A DNA stretch of 64,000 nt from assembly GCA_013265495.1 (NCBI GenBank), contig MU058781.1, forward strand, positions 3,535,050-3,599,049, read 5' to 3'. The position numbers and the translations under genes are program-made. The notes beneath the pieces are model-generated. The model was not told the origin of the DNA. It worked only from the letters and a program-made list of their open reading frames with translations, and searched no databases. This DNA is from Vicugna vicugna (lineage: Eukaryota). Shown here piece after piece: positions 12,235-25,389 of this stretch; within the stretch, counting starts at the first letter, position 1; each line of letters begins with the position of its first letter.

Positions 12235-12480
12235 CCTTCAGCACTTCTGGGCTAGGCACTGGGACCCAAAAAGTGAGTAAGAACGATGAATAGGAGCTCA
12301 CAGTCTAAGAGAGGAGACCAATCAGGAAATGAGGGATTAGAGGACCTAACAGACTACAGGATCTAATAGAGGGACGAACCATGAGAGGGGCTGGCCAACC
12401 GACTTGCGTTTGGTAGAAAGCTCTGCCGGCGAGGTGACATTTGGGCAGGGTTCTGAAGCATGTGTAAGAGTTTACCTCTT
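12235..12480 (-). mobile_element. L2 3' fragment
   Basis: ctaggcactgggacccaaaagtgagtaaga...ggagctcacagtctaagagaggagac...gaggtgacatttgggcagggttctgaag resembles the reverse L2 3' end. Confidence 0.55.
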
Positions 12481-13024
12481 CATTCAGAAGCTTCGGGTCC
12501 CATTTAAAAAAATGGTCTAAAACGTGGGTGTTTAATCTGGGTCTGAGAAACCACTACAATGTGACTAGTTACAAAAAGTTGTGTGTATCCTGATGTTCAA
12601 TGTTCTGAGGAAGAGGGTTGTTATAGTCTTAAAAGAGTCTTATCATTCAAAGGAGATCAAACAGGACTAGAGTTTAGAGGGAAGGAAAAATAAAAACAAG
12701 TCAAGACAAATCTCTGCTTTTAACAGAACTAAGTATATGAATGGACAGGTCCAGCTCAGCCTCTTTCTTCCTTTATTCCCACTTCCATTTCTCCTTCCCC
12801 TGCCCTACCTCCCAACACCCCTCCCCAGAGAAGTGGCAGCATCAGCAGAAATGTCTTGTCAAAACCCCATCTCTGCCCCCAGCCCTTCTTCCATAGAAGT
12901 TGGGAAGAGAGTCCCTTTGCAGAGATGAAATCCTTCATCTTCAGCCCCACTAGACCTCCTGACAGACAACTTCCCAACTCACATTGCTGACCTGATATGG
13001 TCACAATAATTCGGATGTCATTTA

Positions 13025-13258
13025 AAATAGCAATGATGACCTTTCACAGGGCACTTACTTTGTGCCAGAAGAGGGTGCACATCTTACACACACTTCCATT
13101 TCTGTGTGTGCACAACCCCACGTGGCAGGTATGACACTATCCCCATCTCACAGACATGGAAACTGAGCCCTTGAGAGGGTAAGCAACTTGCCTGCGGCTC
13201 CACAACTCAATGAGTGCTACCACTGGGATCTGAACCCAGAATGCCTGGCCCCAGAGCA
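13025..13258 (-). mobile_element. MIR SINE
   Basis: Core ccccatctcacagacatggaaactgagccc...gagagggtaagcaacttgcc...ctgggatctgaacccag. Confidence 0.8.
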
Positions 13259-16200
13259 AACCTGGTCTTCACTCCTGCACTCCTATGCCACCAGCCACCC
13301 TCGTCTTCCAGCTGGTTAGGTTATTCTCTGCACCCATATCTAAACTGTGTACAACACCCAGAGGCGATATCCACCTCCCTGATACATGGTCCCATTCTTA
13401 TGGCACATACCTGCAGCGACATAGGAGGGCTCTGAGGTGGTGGTGTGACGGTAGTGAGCACCAGAAACCAGGGTGGCGGGGGATGGGGTGCCTAACACTC
13501 AGCTGGGTGACCCCCCCCCCGCCAAAAGTCTCAGAGCAACGTGATGAAGTTTCCATTCTAATGTCAAATTTCAGATGGAAACGGGTCAGGGAGACCCATA
13601 TTTAGCTCCTTATGTCAAGGCCCCCTGATGCCGGGCTCTGATAGGGGAGGACAACCAGAGGAAGACAGTCAGCAGGGCTAATGTGGACGGGACTGGATAT
13701 GGAATTGAATTAGATATTCAAGTGCTTTTCCATATCCAACCCACCCTTAAAGGCCAGCCCCATCCCACCATCATTTTTCATGGACTCTCCCCCATGACTC
13801 ACGCCTGTCATCCGAGCCCTCCTTCTGCACAGGAGCCCCCATCAGGAGTTAGGTTTTCTCAGATTGTTTCATGCATCATCTAACCGTTGAGCCTACACCA
13901 TCCATAACGGGGACAGCACTCCTGAAACGCTTTCCATTCGGGGTTTCCTTACTGGTAAATCACACACATCTCCATCACTATGGCTTATACGTGGTGAGGT
14001 TGAGGATATGATGCTGGGAAGTTACCTGAAAGCTCATTCCAGCCTGACTATTCCCTAGGAGAGAAAAGAAAAGCTAGCCACTTCTAGCCCAGGGGAGCCC
14101 AAGAGCATAGGTTTAGAAACAGCAGGTAGGAAGGCAGGAGCCAGAGCCCTTCCGGGCTAGTGGCAAGCTTCCCAAGCGGGTGGCCTGAGGCAGCTCCTGC
14201 CTGTGGACCCAAGTGAGAGGGGCAGGGAGGTGGGGAGAGGGGCCCTGGGAGAACAGAGGTCTGGGGTTGGATGCGGTGGCTGCAGTGGTCAGGGACTTGG
14301 GGACAGAAGAAAACAGCCAGAACCATGGGTCCTGCTGTGTTGGTCCCATATAGCCAAAGGACACCTGCTGCACCTTAGCGGTTGTTATTCTGGGGAGTGG
14401 CCTGGAACAGCCTCTCTCAAGCCTGCACCGCCATCACACATCTGGACAAGCCAGGAGTCAGAGGCACCACCTGCATCCAGGGAACACAGCCAGTCGCATC
14501 AGCCACACTTGTCCCGTAGAAGCAGCGACCTTCTGCAGTAGAGGCAGGCAAAGGGCAGAATGCTGAACAGCTGGGCCACCAGAGTCACCTAAAGGAGACC
14601 TAGCTACTTAAAAGAAAACGTAGGTGACTGGGTTGGGGGGGGGATGACCGGGTAGCTCCATTCCCTACTTCCCTCCTATGGGTGGGGCTCAGAACGGTGA
14701 TCAGGATGGCTGCAGAGAAATAAAGAAACCTGTACTTCCTCTTCCTAATTGAAGTGGGAATTCTCGTCACACATCTAAAAGGGTGGGAGACTCGTGCTAG
14801 CTCCCAAAAGCCCCCGCGTGGCCCCAGACAAAACCTCCGTCCCTGGTGGTCACTGCAAGTTTACACTCTCCAGAGAAACACCATCTTCACTCTATGTGTG
14901 CGTGAAAGACAACAGACTTTAAACTAGGCAACTCCTCAAAAAAAAAAAGTAGGAAACCCCACTCAAGAGGGGTTATGCTTTAGTGAAGGGATCACAGGTA
15001 TATTGACCCAGCAAATGTTTCTGTAAAAAAATCAGTATATTTCCCACAGTCTAAGCTTTTGGCCTCTTCTTTTTTTTATGGAAAGATCCAGAAACATTGG
15101 GTTTCTTCCCCCAGGGCCTCCTGCACGGCAACAATCAGTTGGAACTGAACGGTGGCCTCCGTAGTTCGGTGGTGTGGGCACCTCCTGTAGACCACAGGCC
15201 CCCCAAACCCCACAGCCCCTAAATCCTTCTCATGCTGGGAATCCCTCTGACTTCCTCTTTGGTCAACAGCCAGAGAGACCTCTGTGTCTTTGAAGGGCTC
15301 CTGTGATTAGATTAGGCCCACCCCACCCACACTGACCCTTCTTTGGCTGTATAACCAATCACAGGAGTGACAAAAGGGGCAAAGGCCATCTTAAAATTAT
15401 TCCAGCTCAGCCCCCTCACTTGCCTCTGAGCTTCCGCCCAGAGGAAGATTTGAGTATTTTCCCAAGCAAAGTGCCTCAGACGTCCATCGACATTCCTTTA
15501 AAACCCCGCTTTGCCTCTATGTTCTTGTGGCAGTTTTTACTCCATCAAAGACTCAGCAAGGTACTCCAGGCTTTTTAAAACTTATTATTAATCTCCTCAT
15601 TACCACGGAGATTGTGTCCCCAATTCAGGGCTCCCTGAAGGCAGTGGTAATAGGAACAGAGCCAGGAAGGTGGCAGACTCCATCTCAGAGTGAGCAGGAG
15701 GAAGGGAAGAGGAGCTGAAACTGATATGAATCTACCAGGTGCCTGGGCTTCCCATCAGATCAGTTGAGCAACACACTAACATCATTAGTCCCTTTTGTCC
15801 AGAAAAGGGAGCGGAGGCTGGGAGTGACCACAATCACCCACAGTCACAGACACATGGCAGGGCCCGCTACGAATTCAGTTCTGAGATCCCAAAGCTTGAC
15901 ATCTTCCATTTTCCGTCCAGGGAATTGCTCTAGCGGGAGGGTGGAAGCAGAATTAAATCACTAGGCCTCAGAGGACCAGGAGGGTTAATAAAAGAAGCCC
16001 AAAGCCTTTGGGCCCCACAGGAGCCCAGCACTGAGTTGAGAAGTGATGCTGGAGGGCAGAGGCTGGATGCTGCCTGGAGAGGGATGAGCCAGAAGTCAGG
16101 ATGGGCTGGGGGCTCGACATGGGAGAACCACAGCGACTGCTGTTCTTGAAAGATAGATGTCCTTGCTCTACACCTGTGGCCAGAGCAACCGAAAGAATAT

Positions 16201-17499
16201 TATCAGGAAGGAGAGTGACTGCGGAAACGGGCCGCTGTGGTGACTGGTTCCCACAGACGAATAAGGAAGCCCTGCAAGGGCCCCAGGCACCTGCCATCCC
16301 GGCAGAAGGAACTGGGCGGCCGCGGGCTCGCCGCAGACTTCAGCTCCAAGGAGCAGTGTGGCAGCAGCAAAATCACAGCAGGGCCACACCACCGCCTGCC
16401 TTGAGGCCCAGGAACCCAGGTCCCTGGAGGGATACATACCTCGGGGTGGCCAGAGACCTGCCTGGGGAAAGGAAAGTAGCACCACGCTCCAGGCTTCCTC
16501 ACCAAGGAACTACAGATCTCGCCCTTCAGCCAGAAGCTGGGGGAACAAACCAGCCGTGAGACCATCTTCAATTAGAAGGCTCAGTGTTTCTGGGGATGAG
16601 CAGAGAACAGTAACCAAGCCCTCCCACGGCCGGGGGCAAACTGGAGCCAGGGCTGCGGATAATCATTAACAAACCACTTCCCAGAGCACTTCCACCTACA
16701 TCAGCTACACATTTAGACCACGGATGAGGTGTGGCGAGTGGTGGGAAGGTGGTGATGGCTAGAAACAGAGAAGTCCCCGACAGTTAGGTGTCTGCGTGTG
16801 TTTGGGGCAGGGTGGTGGAGACTTGTAATGTTCCGGGCTGCCCGGCACCTGCACCCCCTGTTCCTTGTAGGAAGCTCCCTGTTGTGTGAGTACTGGTGGG
16901 AAGTACAGCTTCTTCTCACTACGGAAGCCAAGCCGGGGGTCGCTTTCCCAGCAGCCTTTGCAGCAAAGGCATGGACACATCTGGGTTTGCCAACCAGGGA
17001 TACCGCCTGGGCCTGACACAAGGAAGGAGAAAGGTGGCGAGTCCAGGCTGGCAGTGGGGGCAGCAACATCAGTTTTCAAGGGCTTCGGTGGCAGTGATGC
17101 AAATGACCGCACCTGTGGTTCAGGGCCAGTATTGTCACAAGCATTGGGGTCCGTCCACGTTGGGTGGGTTCCTCCATGTGATCTGGACTGATTCCAGCTG
17201 CCAGGCCTTTCTTTGTTCCTCCTGTTTTCCAACCCCACTCCCTACCACCTCCCCAACATTTCTGTTGGGGATGAATTAATGTCTTTTCAAATTTTTCCAT
17301 TCTACTAAAATCAGTCAGGTAATTTCTGTCGTGGGCAGTTAAAATGCTTCTCGAGAACAGTGGGTTTATGAGCTCTCTGGACTCTTTTCTGAAAAGACTG
17401 ATTTGGGCACAGAAGAACCACTGAGGGCCTATAAATAAAGCCACCCGAGACCCTGGTGTGACTTACTGGAAAGGGAAGTGGAATGGGGGTCGGGGGGCG

Positions 17500-17680
17500 T
17501 GGGCTGAAGTTCTGATTCTGGCATTTGGAGCTGTGTGACCTAAGCCATCTGACGTTGAGAAAGCTCAATTCCCTTATTATAAAACTGGGATAACAAGACC
17601 TTCTTCAAAAGGCTGCTTTGAGGACAAAATGACACGTAGGTACTGTCCGACCCATGAAAGGTGTTTGCTCATGAATGCCT
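17500..17680 (+). mobile_element. MIR SINE
   Basis: gctgtgtgacctaagcc...ctcaattcccttattataaaactgggataacaa...ggctgctttgaggacaaaatga. Confidence 0.65.
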
Positions 17681-18744
17681 GCTGAAGTCAACAACGCTTC
17701 CAAATAAAAACTGCTCATGTCAGCTCTGAGAGCTACAAGAATTCAGGAGAGGTCAGGGCCAGGGAGGTAAGTACACCACAGTCCGGCAGTGGGTAAGGTA
17801 CCAAGACTTGAAATTAAAATGGGTTCTAAGTCTGGCTTTGCCACAGATGCAATGTGCAAAAACCATCTGTGAAATGGGGCTGATATCTGGCCCTGCCAGC
17901 TTTATCACACTGCTGAGAATATGAAATGAATAGTATATAGGAAAGTCTGCTGGAAGGAATAAGCCTATTACAAGAATGAAGTTCCTGCTGAGATTCGGAA
18001 GCAAAAAAATCCCTTGAAAAAAACAAACTGACGGCAGCGCGCTCTGCCCAGAATCCCTGGGCTGGATCCTAGATGCTCTTGTGAAAACAAAATGCAGAGC
18101 CTACAGGCATCAGTTGGTGTGCCGATTCACTTGACACCAAACACACCCCTGGCAAGGACTTCCGTGGGCATTATTAGTTGTATGGGGTGGTGCAGGGAGG
18201 CGAGGTCGTGCAACCATAAAGGCGAATGCAGCGTGAGATGTTTAGCTGAGCACCTTATCAGCTGCCCCTGGTGAATAACTGAAGCGCAGCTAGTGATCCA
18301 GGCTGTAGATCGGGACCTCTTTCCTGAGAATCACCCCTACCCTTGGTTGCAGCTGATATCTGGACAGATCTATGCTACTGTCATCACTAGATTAAGGGTC
18401 TTGTCCACAGAGCCCAGAATTACAGAAATGGGCAAGACCAGGGAGGGTCAGGGTGGCAGGGAGTTTACAAAGCCCCTAATTGAATGCAGAGATCCCTGGA
18501 GCAGCCCAGAAGCCAGCCACGGGCCAAGGCTTCCCTCCTCCAGTCTTTTCTCTTAAAGGGACAGTGTTCAGTTTTCCATCTCTGGACCGGATGACAATCC
18601 CTGGTGCTGAACTGATGAAGGTTTCAGCAAGTCCAGCCAACCGAGGTGAGGCTAAAAGGTCCAGGCTTTGGGGCTTTCTTGTTATTTGAGGTTTTGTTGA
18701 TTTTTTTAAATTTTGTTTTGGCAACAATTTGCAAACAATGCAGA

Positions 18745-18865
18745 CTTTTTTTAAATTCAACTATTACCGGTTTACAATATTGTGTTAATTTCTGGTGTAC
18801 AGCATGGTGATTCAGTTTATATATATATATATATTCCTTTTCTTATTCTTTTTCATTATAGGCTA
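18745..18865 (-). mobile_element. Truncated L1 3' tail
   Basis: tttacaatattgtgttaatttctggtgtacagcatggtgattcagtt(ta)n...ttcttattctttttcattatagg is the reverse of the L1 tail seen at 29652 and 38202. Confidence 0.8.
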
Positions 18866-18879
18866 ATACCAGTGCACAC

Positions 18880-18979
18880 TTTTTCTTTCTTTCTCTTTTT
18901 AATGGAGGTACTAGGGATTGAACCCAGGCCCTTATACATGCTAAGCATGCACTTTACCACTGAGCTATATCCACCCCCC
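18880..18979 (-). mobile_element. tRNA-derived SINE (camelid Vic-1-like)
   Basis: The reverse strand reads gggggtggatatagctcagtggtaaagtgcatgcttagcatgtataagggcctgggttcaatccctagtacctccatt plus an A-rich tail, with Pol III A and B boxes. Degenerate TSD ccagtgcacac/ccaatgcagac. Confidence 0.88.
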
Positions 18980-19689
18980 AACTCCCAATGCAGACATTTT
19001 TTAAAGGCAAAAACCTAGAAACTGGGCACACCAGGGTGTGTTTGCCCCTGCAGCGCTCACTGAAAGCCTGAAAAGCTAGAGAGCTTGTGGGCTGCCTGGC
19101 GGTGTCAGGTGGAAGCAGCCCCTTCACGGATGAGGAAATGGGTGGAATCAAGTCTTAATACTTTCTCTTCCACATAGTATAATTCAAGGCCCTGGAGGCG
19201 GCCAGGATACAGGCATACAGGTGATAAAGGCTTGTAAGGCTCCCTATACATCCTGAGGATGCTCCCGCATGGAAGGGGAAGGGGGTCTGACTCCCAGGAG
19301 AGGGTTCTGCATGGGCACAGCGCTGGAACAAGTCTGGCCTGGGGCTCTGGAACATCCGGCCACTCATCAGATTGGCACAGGACCATGGGGAGATGTCCCA
19401 ATGTCTTAGACACAGCAGATGCCCTAAAGGTGTGTCAGAAACAGACAGAGAACCAGGAAGAGACCAGGCTTGGTTCACTCTGTTCCACAGTGAGTAGGGG
19501 TGTGTCGGTAAGGCCCTCTGAGAGCAGAGAGATGTGGCTCGTCACCTTCCCGCCTGCACGACCCACTCATCCTCCTCTCACTGACATTCCGTTCTGAGAA
19601 AAACTTGTGATGCTCAATCACACTGAAGTCTAAGTGCCCACCGCAGGAGTAAGAATTAGAGGAGGAACTAACACACACTGATTAAAGGC

Positions 19690-19870
19690 CTTACTAGGTA
19701 CCAAGCACCCGGCAAAAGGCCGTTCACGCCTCATATCCTCCCAGTACCCTGAGAAGACACTGTCATCCCCAACTCACAGGCCATGAAGCCAAACCTGCAA
19801 GAGTGAAGATCCAAATTCACAGCCTTGTAAGTGGTAGAGCTGGGATTCACACCCACATATCCTGGTTCCC
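19690..19870 (-). mobile_element. MIR SINE
   Basis: ccttactaggtaccaagcac...gtcatccccaactcacag...gtaagtggtagagctgggattcacaccca. Confidence 0.6.
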
Positions 19871-20085
19871 TCTGTGTATCTGTGGCTCATCTTGAAAAGT
19901 CTGTTGCAATTCGACAGGCTGTAAAACATGACTGCAAAGGAAGCCAATTGTGATCATAGATTTTCATGAAATTATTCATTCAACCCACAAACACTTGTTA
20001 ACAGCTTCCTGGGGAAGCAATGGGAGGGGGTGCCTGGGCTCGACCTGGTCTTGTATTTTCCACTACTAGTTTCTGTGCTTTAGAA

Positions 20086-20884
20086 CCACAGTTCCCAACC
20101 TGAATGTCTTGGGACCCAAGGCATCTAGGGGTCCCACTGTGAACTCGCAGGGGCACTGCAGTGTATTTTAAATTTTTGAGGAAAACAGTGATATTCAACA
20201 TCTATTGGATGCTTCAGGAACTGCTAACTCAAAAAAGTTCACAGTTTCAATATTGGATTGCACTGCCTTCCTTTCACTAATATCCCATCTCTATGACGCT
20301 TGGTTTTTGGCAGCTGCTGTGATGAAACTAACCAAACACAAGTACCAGGCAAAATTCAAGGTAGGACAGGAAGTGAGGGTGACTGTGTTCTTTCTGATTC
20401 CATGGTTTGAGAAGTTGTGTGGTGCCCCACAGGCACACATATCTCAGTATAACTCATTCTGATTATTTAAGAATGAAATACTAGATAAAAAAATAAATTT
20501 ATTCTGTATAGCACAGGGAACTAACTATATTCAGTATCTTATAATAACCTTGAATGAAAAAGAATATGAAAATGAATATGTGTATATATGTGTATATATA
20601 TGCATGAGTGGGACATTATGCTGTACACCAGAAATTGACACACTGTAACTGACTGTACTTCAATTTTTTAAAAAAAGAATGAAATATATAAATATCTTTA
20701 TTCTTTCAACTCATGTGTTGTTTTTTCAAGCATCTGCTATGTTGTTAGGACAAATAATATCTGGATCTTATTATCTGGACTGACTACATGGAATTGCTAG
20801 GTCTTTCTTTTGGCCTAGGAGCACCATGAAAAAACTACTGGGACACTAAGGGCACTGTAAATGGAGAAGGTATGGGAACCTTTG
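20086..20884. mobile_element. hAT-Charlie non-autonomous DNA transposon (MER119-like), interrupted by a younger L1 tail
   Basis: Imperfect terminal inverted repeats ccacagttcccaacc...gtatgggaacctttg. The 8-bp flanks ctttagaa/ttctagaa fit the nTCTAGAn hAT target. The internal sequence resembles MER119 as I recall it. Confidence 0.75.
20481..20674 (+). mobile_element. Young 5'-truncated L1 3' tail with perfect 12-bp TSD
   Basis: TSD AAGAATGAAATA at 20469-20480 and 20675-20686, at a TTT/AA endonuclease-type site. Tail tgcatgagtgggacattatgctgtacaccagaaattgacac...cttcaattttttaaaaaa. Confidence 0.9.
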
Positions 20885-22561
20885 TTCTAGAACATTCTGT
20901 GTACACTCTCCCCTCACCCATAATTTGAAGTTCTTTAAAGACAGGAGCCATCTTTTACTGGTTACTGCTTTGGTTTCCTATCACAATAGTCCCTGGCCTT
21001 TTTTGTACTTGTTCACAGTTTACAATAAAAGACTGAATCTAGCCTTGGCAAGCCCTTAAAGATCCACAGCAGTCCAGTGAAGTGTGAGTGATACAGGGGC
21101 TCCTGACACTCCAGCCCACAGGTCCCACCAGCTGGGAGGTAGAGACATGTATGGGACCTTCTTGATCCTAGAGAATGACTACAATTTTCTGAGCTCTCTG
21201 ATACAAAGTAATGTAATCAACTGTCTCTTAAGGGTTTTAAACACACATGAAGCTCTAAACTTTAGGTAGAGATCATTTTAAACTTCTGAGACTCTGTTTT
21301 ATTTGAGTTGAATCTATTATTACGCCATTGATCGAGATCATTCTTTCCAGTGTCAAAAGGCAGACCCTACACCTCCAGGAATAAAAGGCCCTTGGCAGAG
21401 AGGGAAGGGTCAGAGGTGGTCGGCAGCAGCAGAGTTCAAGTTCTAGCCCCTGGGTATCTCCCAGCTGGAACTCTCCAGCAGGAGTTGCAGGCCTGCTTGG
21501 GTATCTGCTGACTAGGAGAGTGAGGATAACCTGGTTGCTTAGCAACAGCTGCAGCCCGCTTCACTGAGAGGGTAGTGGGGTGAGGGGAGAGCAGAGGAGG
21601 TATGTGTTCATGGTGAGGCTGAAGTTCTAATCTCGGGCATGTGCCAGTCTTCTATGTGGGTATCTGAAGACAGGACCAGCAGGAGAGGATCCACACGACA
21701 CCTGCTCCCACAGGGCTCTGGTCCTAATCAACTGGAGATGAGATTAACAAGTTGAAAATGCCACTGGAGTCCATGCACCTGTCTTTAGAGCTGGCAAATG
21801 ATGATGGTGGGAACATTCTGTAGACCGTGCAACAAGGAAGGGTTGCCGGCCCCACTTGGGGCTGGGGACAGGAAGACAGGGATGTGGGGTCCAGAGAGGA
21901 CTCTTATGGTGCATTTCTGCTGGGCTGGGAAAGACATTACGGAATCTTTTTTTTTTCTTTCTGTGCATTAAGATTAAGCAGTCATCAAGGGTTTGATGAG
22001 TAGAACTGGCCAAATTGTCCTATTAGCTCATTGAATAATTGAGCGCAGGTCGATTTCTCTTGGGGGGAGGTGGGTGGGAGAAGAGAGAGAAGTATTAAAT
22101 CCAGCAGAAGGGGTGAGGGGCAGATAAAGCACAGCACCTAAAACACAGCCACTCACCCGCGTCCAGGGCTTAAAGCCTCCAGAATGTACTCCGTGAAAGG
22201 CACAGCACTCACAGGGCAGGAAGATAATAAATAACAAAATACACCAATAAGTAATAATGTATAAGAGTAAAGTCACTGTGCCCTCCTCAGGCATGTCTGC
22301 TCCACAGAAAGGGGACTTGGTCTATGCAGCTCGAGTCTCCTTTAAATTTTTCACATCCCGTTCCCATCAGACACGTTTATGATTCTTCACCTTTATCTTA
22401 TCAGTAACCTCAGGACAGTGAGTTTGGACAATAACCCTTATTTTCTCAAACAGCAGCTTTGTATTTACAGTCCTCTGTTCTCCTTTTATTCCCAGACCCT
22501 AAAGGGTCTTCACACTGATGTCCCAGGGGCCTCCTGTTAACCCAAATCCCCCCTTTAAAAA

Positions 22562-22703
22562 TTTTTTTTAGTTTTTGGGGAGGGACATAATTTGATTTAT
22601 TATTTATTTAATTAAAAAAATTTTTTTAATGGAGGGAAGATTGAACCCAAGACCCCGTGTATACTAAGCATGCGCTCTACCACTGAGCTTTGCCCTCCCT
22701 CCC
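22562..22703 (-). mobile_element. tRNA-derived SINE (Vic-1-like)
   Basis: ttgaacccaagaccccgtgtatactaagcatgcgctctaccactgagct..ccctccc with a T-rich tail. cccaaatcc occurs on both sides (22541 and 22701). Confidence 0.85.
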
Positions 22704-23399
22704 AAATCCTCATTTTTAAACCCAGGCAAACAAACTTGCCCTGCGTTTACACTGGACACATGCCCAGTGAATCGGCAATTCTAGAACCACTGACTGGAAA
22801 GCTGATTCATGGCAGTGCCTCCAGCCTGACTGCAGAGGAACCTCGTCCTCTGTGGGAGACACCTGCTGTCCCCTGCCACCTGGAGTCAGCAGAAGTACCG
22901 TTCACCTGGCAGAACTCGCCATCGCCCGCTCCCCAACCAGTGCATCAGCCCCACAAAGCTCTCCTCGCCAAACGCCCTCCTCCAGCTGCTCTGCCCGATG
23001 GCTTTAACAGGCGCGTCCCCTCCACACAGCACACATCTCACTGTTAGAGGTTGAGCCATCAGTACCCGTGGGCGTGAGGCTGGCAGCAGGGGCTCGAGAC
23101 TTTCTGTACCCCTTGCACCCAGGCCGCAGTCCCAAGTATACCATCCACTGTGCATTTTCTCATCTGTGAAGGGAGGGGACGGGGCTAAAACAGAACTTTT
23201 GAGGAATGAGAGTCCCGGGGTGTCGCTGCTGCGCATGCACAAGAAGAGGGTTCTAACGTCAGGAACCTTGGGAAGTGCTTGTTAAAGATGGAAAAAAAGT
23301 GTCAATTCTTGGTTCCAGCCCCGTTCCTAGCCTAGATCTCATTCCTCACAGTCCAATCACCACCCTCACCTCCTATGCTCCTGTGTGTTTTGATGGGGT

Positions 23400-23540
23400 T
23401 TTTTGTTTGTTGTTTGTTTGAGGGGCATAAATTAGGTTTATTTAATTCTTCTTATTTTTTAATGGAGGTACTGGGGATTGATTCCAGGAGCCTGTGAATG
23501 CTAATAAGCACATGCTCGACCACTGAGCTATATACTCCCC
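23400..23540 (-). mobile_element. tRNA-derived SINE (Vic-1-like) with unusual 5' junction
   Basis: aatggaggtactggggattgattccagg...gaccactgagctatatactcccc. TSD-like ttttgatgg(gg)ttttt at 23388 and 23574. Confidence 0.88.
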
Positions 23541-24303
23541 AATTTGGTAGGGGAGTATAGCTCAAAACCATCATTTTGATGGTTTTTAAAGCAATGTTAA
23601 GCACCCTGTTACAGAGGCACACACACAATAAATTGAAGTTTCAACTACCCTCTCCCATCAGGAAAGTTTCCCTGATGTACTACTATTTCAAGCCATTAAC
23701 ATTTACGTGAATCTGCAAGGAATCAGTGAGACTGGAACAATCCCTAAATGATCCGGCTTTTCCCTTTTCTAGTAAAGCATGCTGGAGAGAAGACAGACAG
23801 CTGGTGTTTGGACTAGATGTTCTACAGGACGCCTCCAAGTGTACCATCCATGGTTTACATTCTTCACTAGGTGCCTTGCTAATAAGCCACTCATATGCAT
23901 TTATTTGGGGGGCGTCGGAACAGAGAGAAGACGAGGGGCCAGAGGGGATCTGATGCTAAGCCAGGGCTACCCATGGTGTAACAGCTGGCCTCCCACGTGG
24001 CCTCAAGGGAGGGGAGCGCTTTAGCTCTTAGAAGGTACAGTTCAGGGAAGGCGGAGATGTGAACGCATTAGAACAGGCTGGGTAGCACATGCTTCCCACC
24101 CACCAATGCACACCCGCCTTGAAGTTGAATGAGTAGAAAGAGGTTTGGTAAACTTCAGAAAAAATCTTAGCAACTGGACATGGAAACAGCTCACTGCACA
24201 ATTCACACAGAGGCGCTTTTACCAACGGCTGATATGCAATCAATTTTCTAAAGGTCCAAACTGTATCAGAACAGTGTCTTTAAAAAAATGTCTGACATCC
24301 TGT

Positions 24304-24389
24304 GGGGAGGATAATAAGCTCAGTGGTAGAGTGCATGCTTACCACGCACAAGGTCCTGGGTTCAATCCCCAGTACTTCCATTAAGAAAA
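24304..24389 (+). mobile_element. tRNA-derived SINE (Vic-1-like)
   Basis: ggggaggataataagctcagtggtagagtgcatgcttaccacgcacaaggtcctgggttcaatccccagtacttccattaagaaaa, with A and B boxes. Degenerate TSD aaatgtctgaca/aagtgtctaaca. Confidence 0.9.
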
Positions 24390-24864
24390 GTGTCTAACAC
24401 ACCTTTGCAATCTAGTTTACTATTAGTCTTTTCCAAACATTGATGTACAAGTGTGCGTGTGTGTGCACACACACGCCTCCTGTTTAGAAACTTAATCTTT
24501 GCCATTGCCCATCCTAAGGCATTTGACACTTGGCCTTGGCCACGGTTTACCTCTCCAAAGGGATTCTCTATTTCCCCCAGCTCGGACCTCAAGTTCAAAC
24601 AGGTTCAGCCTCGCCGTACACTTTCTCCTCCTCATACCTTTACTCCCTTCCTTCCTAGACCACTTTGTGCCAAGACCCCTCCACAGTCCAACTTAAGTCC
24701 CATCTCCCTGAGACATCTTTCTTGAGGACCTCAACCCTCAAGTAGCTCTCCTTCTCTAATACCTGCTGCCTGCCTGTTATAACTTTCTTAGCCTTTATAA
24801 TATAACATCTGGAATTTTTAGCCATATTTTCAGCGTTATATTAAAGCTGCCAACCATCTGCGAA

Positions 24865-25040
24865 TTCTGTAACTGTGAGCAAGGTCCCCCAAACCTTCTG
24901 GGCTTCAGTTTATATTAAACCGAGATAACAGGAGTATCTGATTCAAAGGTTGTTATGAGGATTAAAGAGATAATGCATGCAGGCTACTTAGCACAAAGTC
25001 TGGCACAGTGAGGGCTTCGTAAGTGCCTTTATTAATCAGC
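24865..25040 (+). mobile_element. MIR SINE
   Basis: ctgggcttcagttt...ggttgttatgaggattaaagagataatgcatgc...cttagcacaaagtctggcacagt. Confidence 0.75.
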
Positions 25041-25389
25041 TAGTGAAACTCTTCGGAACAATAAGGAACCATGTCTGTTTCTTAGTGTCTTCCAATGGTC
25101 TAGCTTGAGTTTCTGTGCCACTTGAGTTCTAAAATATTTTTAAAAACTGATTCAAAATAACTTTTGGGGGGGGGGACATCATTCCTTATTCAATTAATTT
25201 GGACTCTACAAAATAGTACATTATTTTCCTTGGCCAGTTTCTCAAAGGAATAATTTATAGGTATTTTGCTAGCTAGCTAACTAATAAATATGTAATCTGT
25301 TTTTCAGAGATTTACTTTAGTTGTCATTAAACATGATCTTTTTCATGGTTTATGTAAATTTTGTGCTTCACATACAAATGAGCAAGATC

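Noticed and set aside
15968..17444. Dense cluster of 100-160 aa ORFs on both strands
   Set aside because: GC-rich intronic DNA with few stop codons. There is no consistent frame, splice structure or protein similarity that I can recognise.
24304..24389. tRNA-like sequences with A/B boxes (also at 18880, 22562 and 23400)
   Set aside because: Poor acceptor-stem pairing, A-rich tails and TSDs identify them as SINE copies, not tRNA genes.
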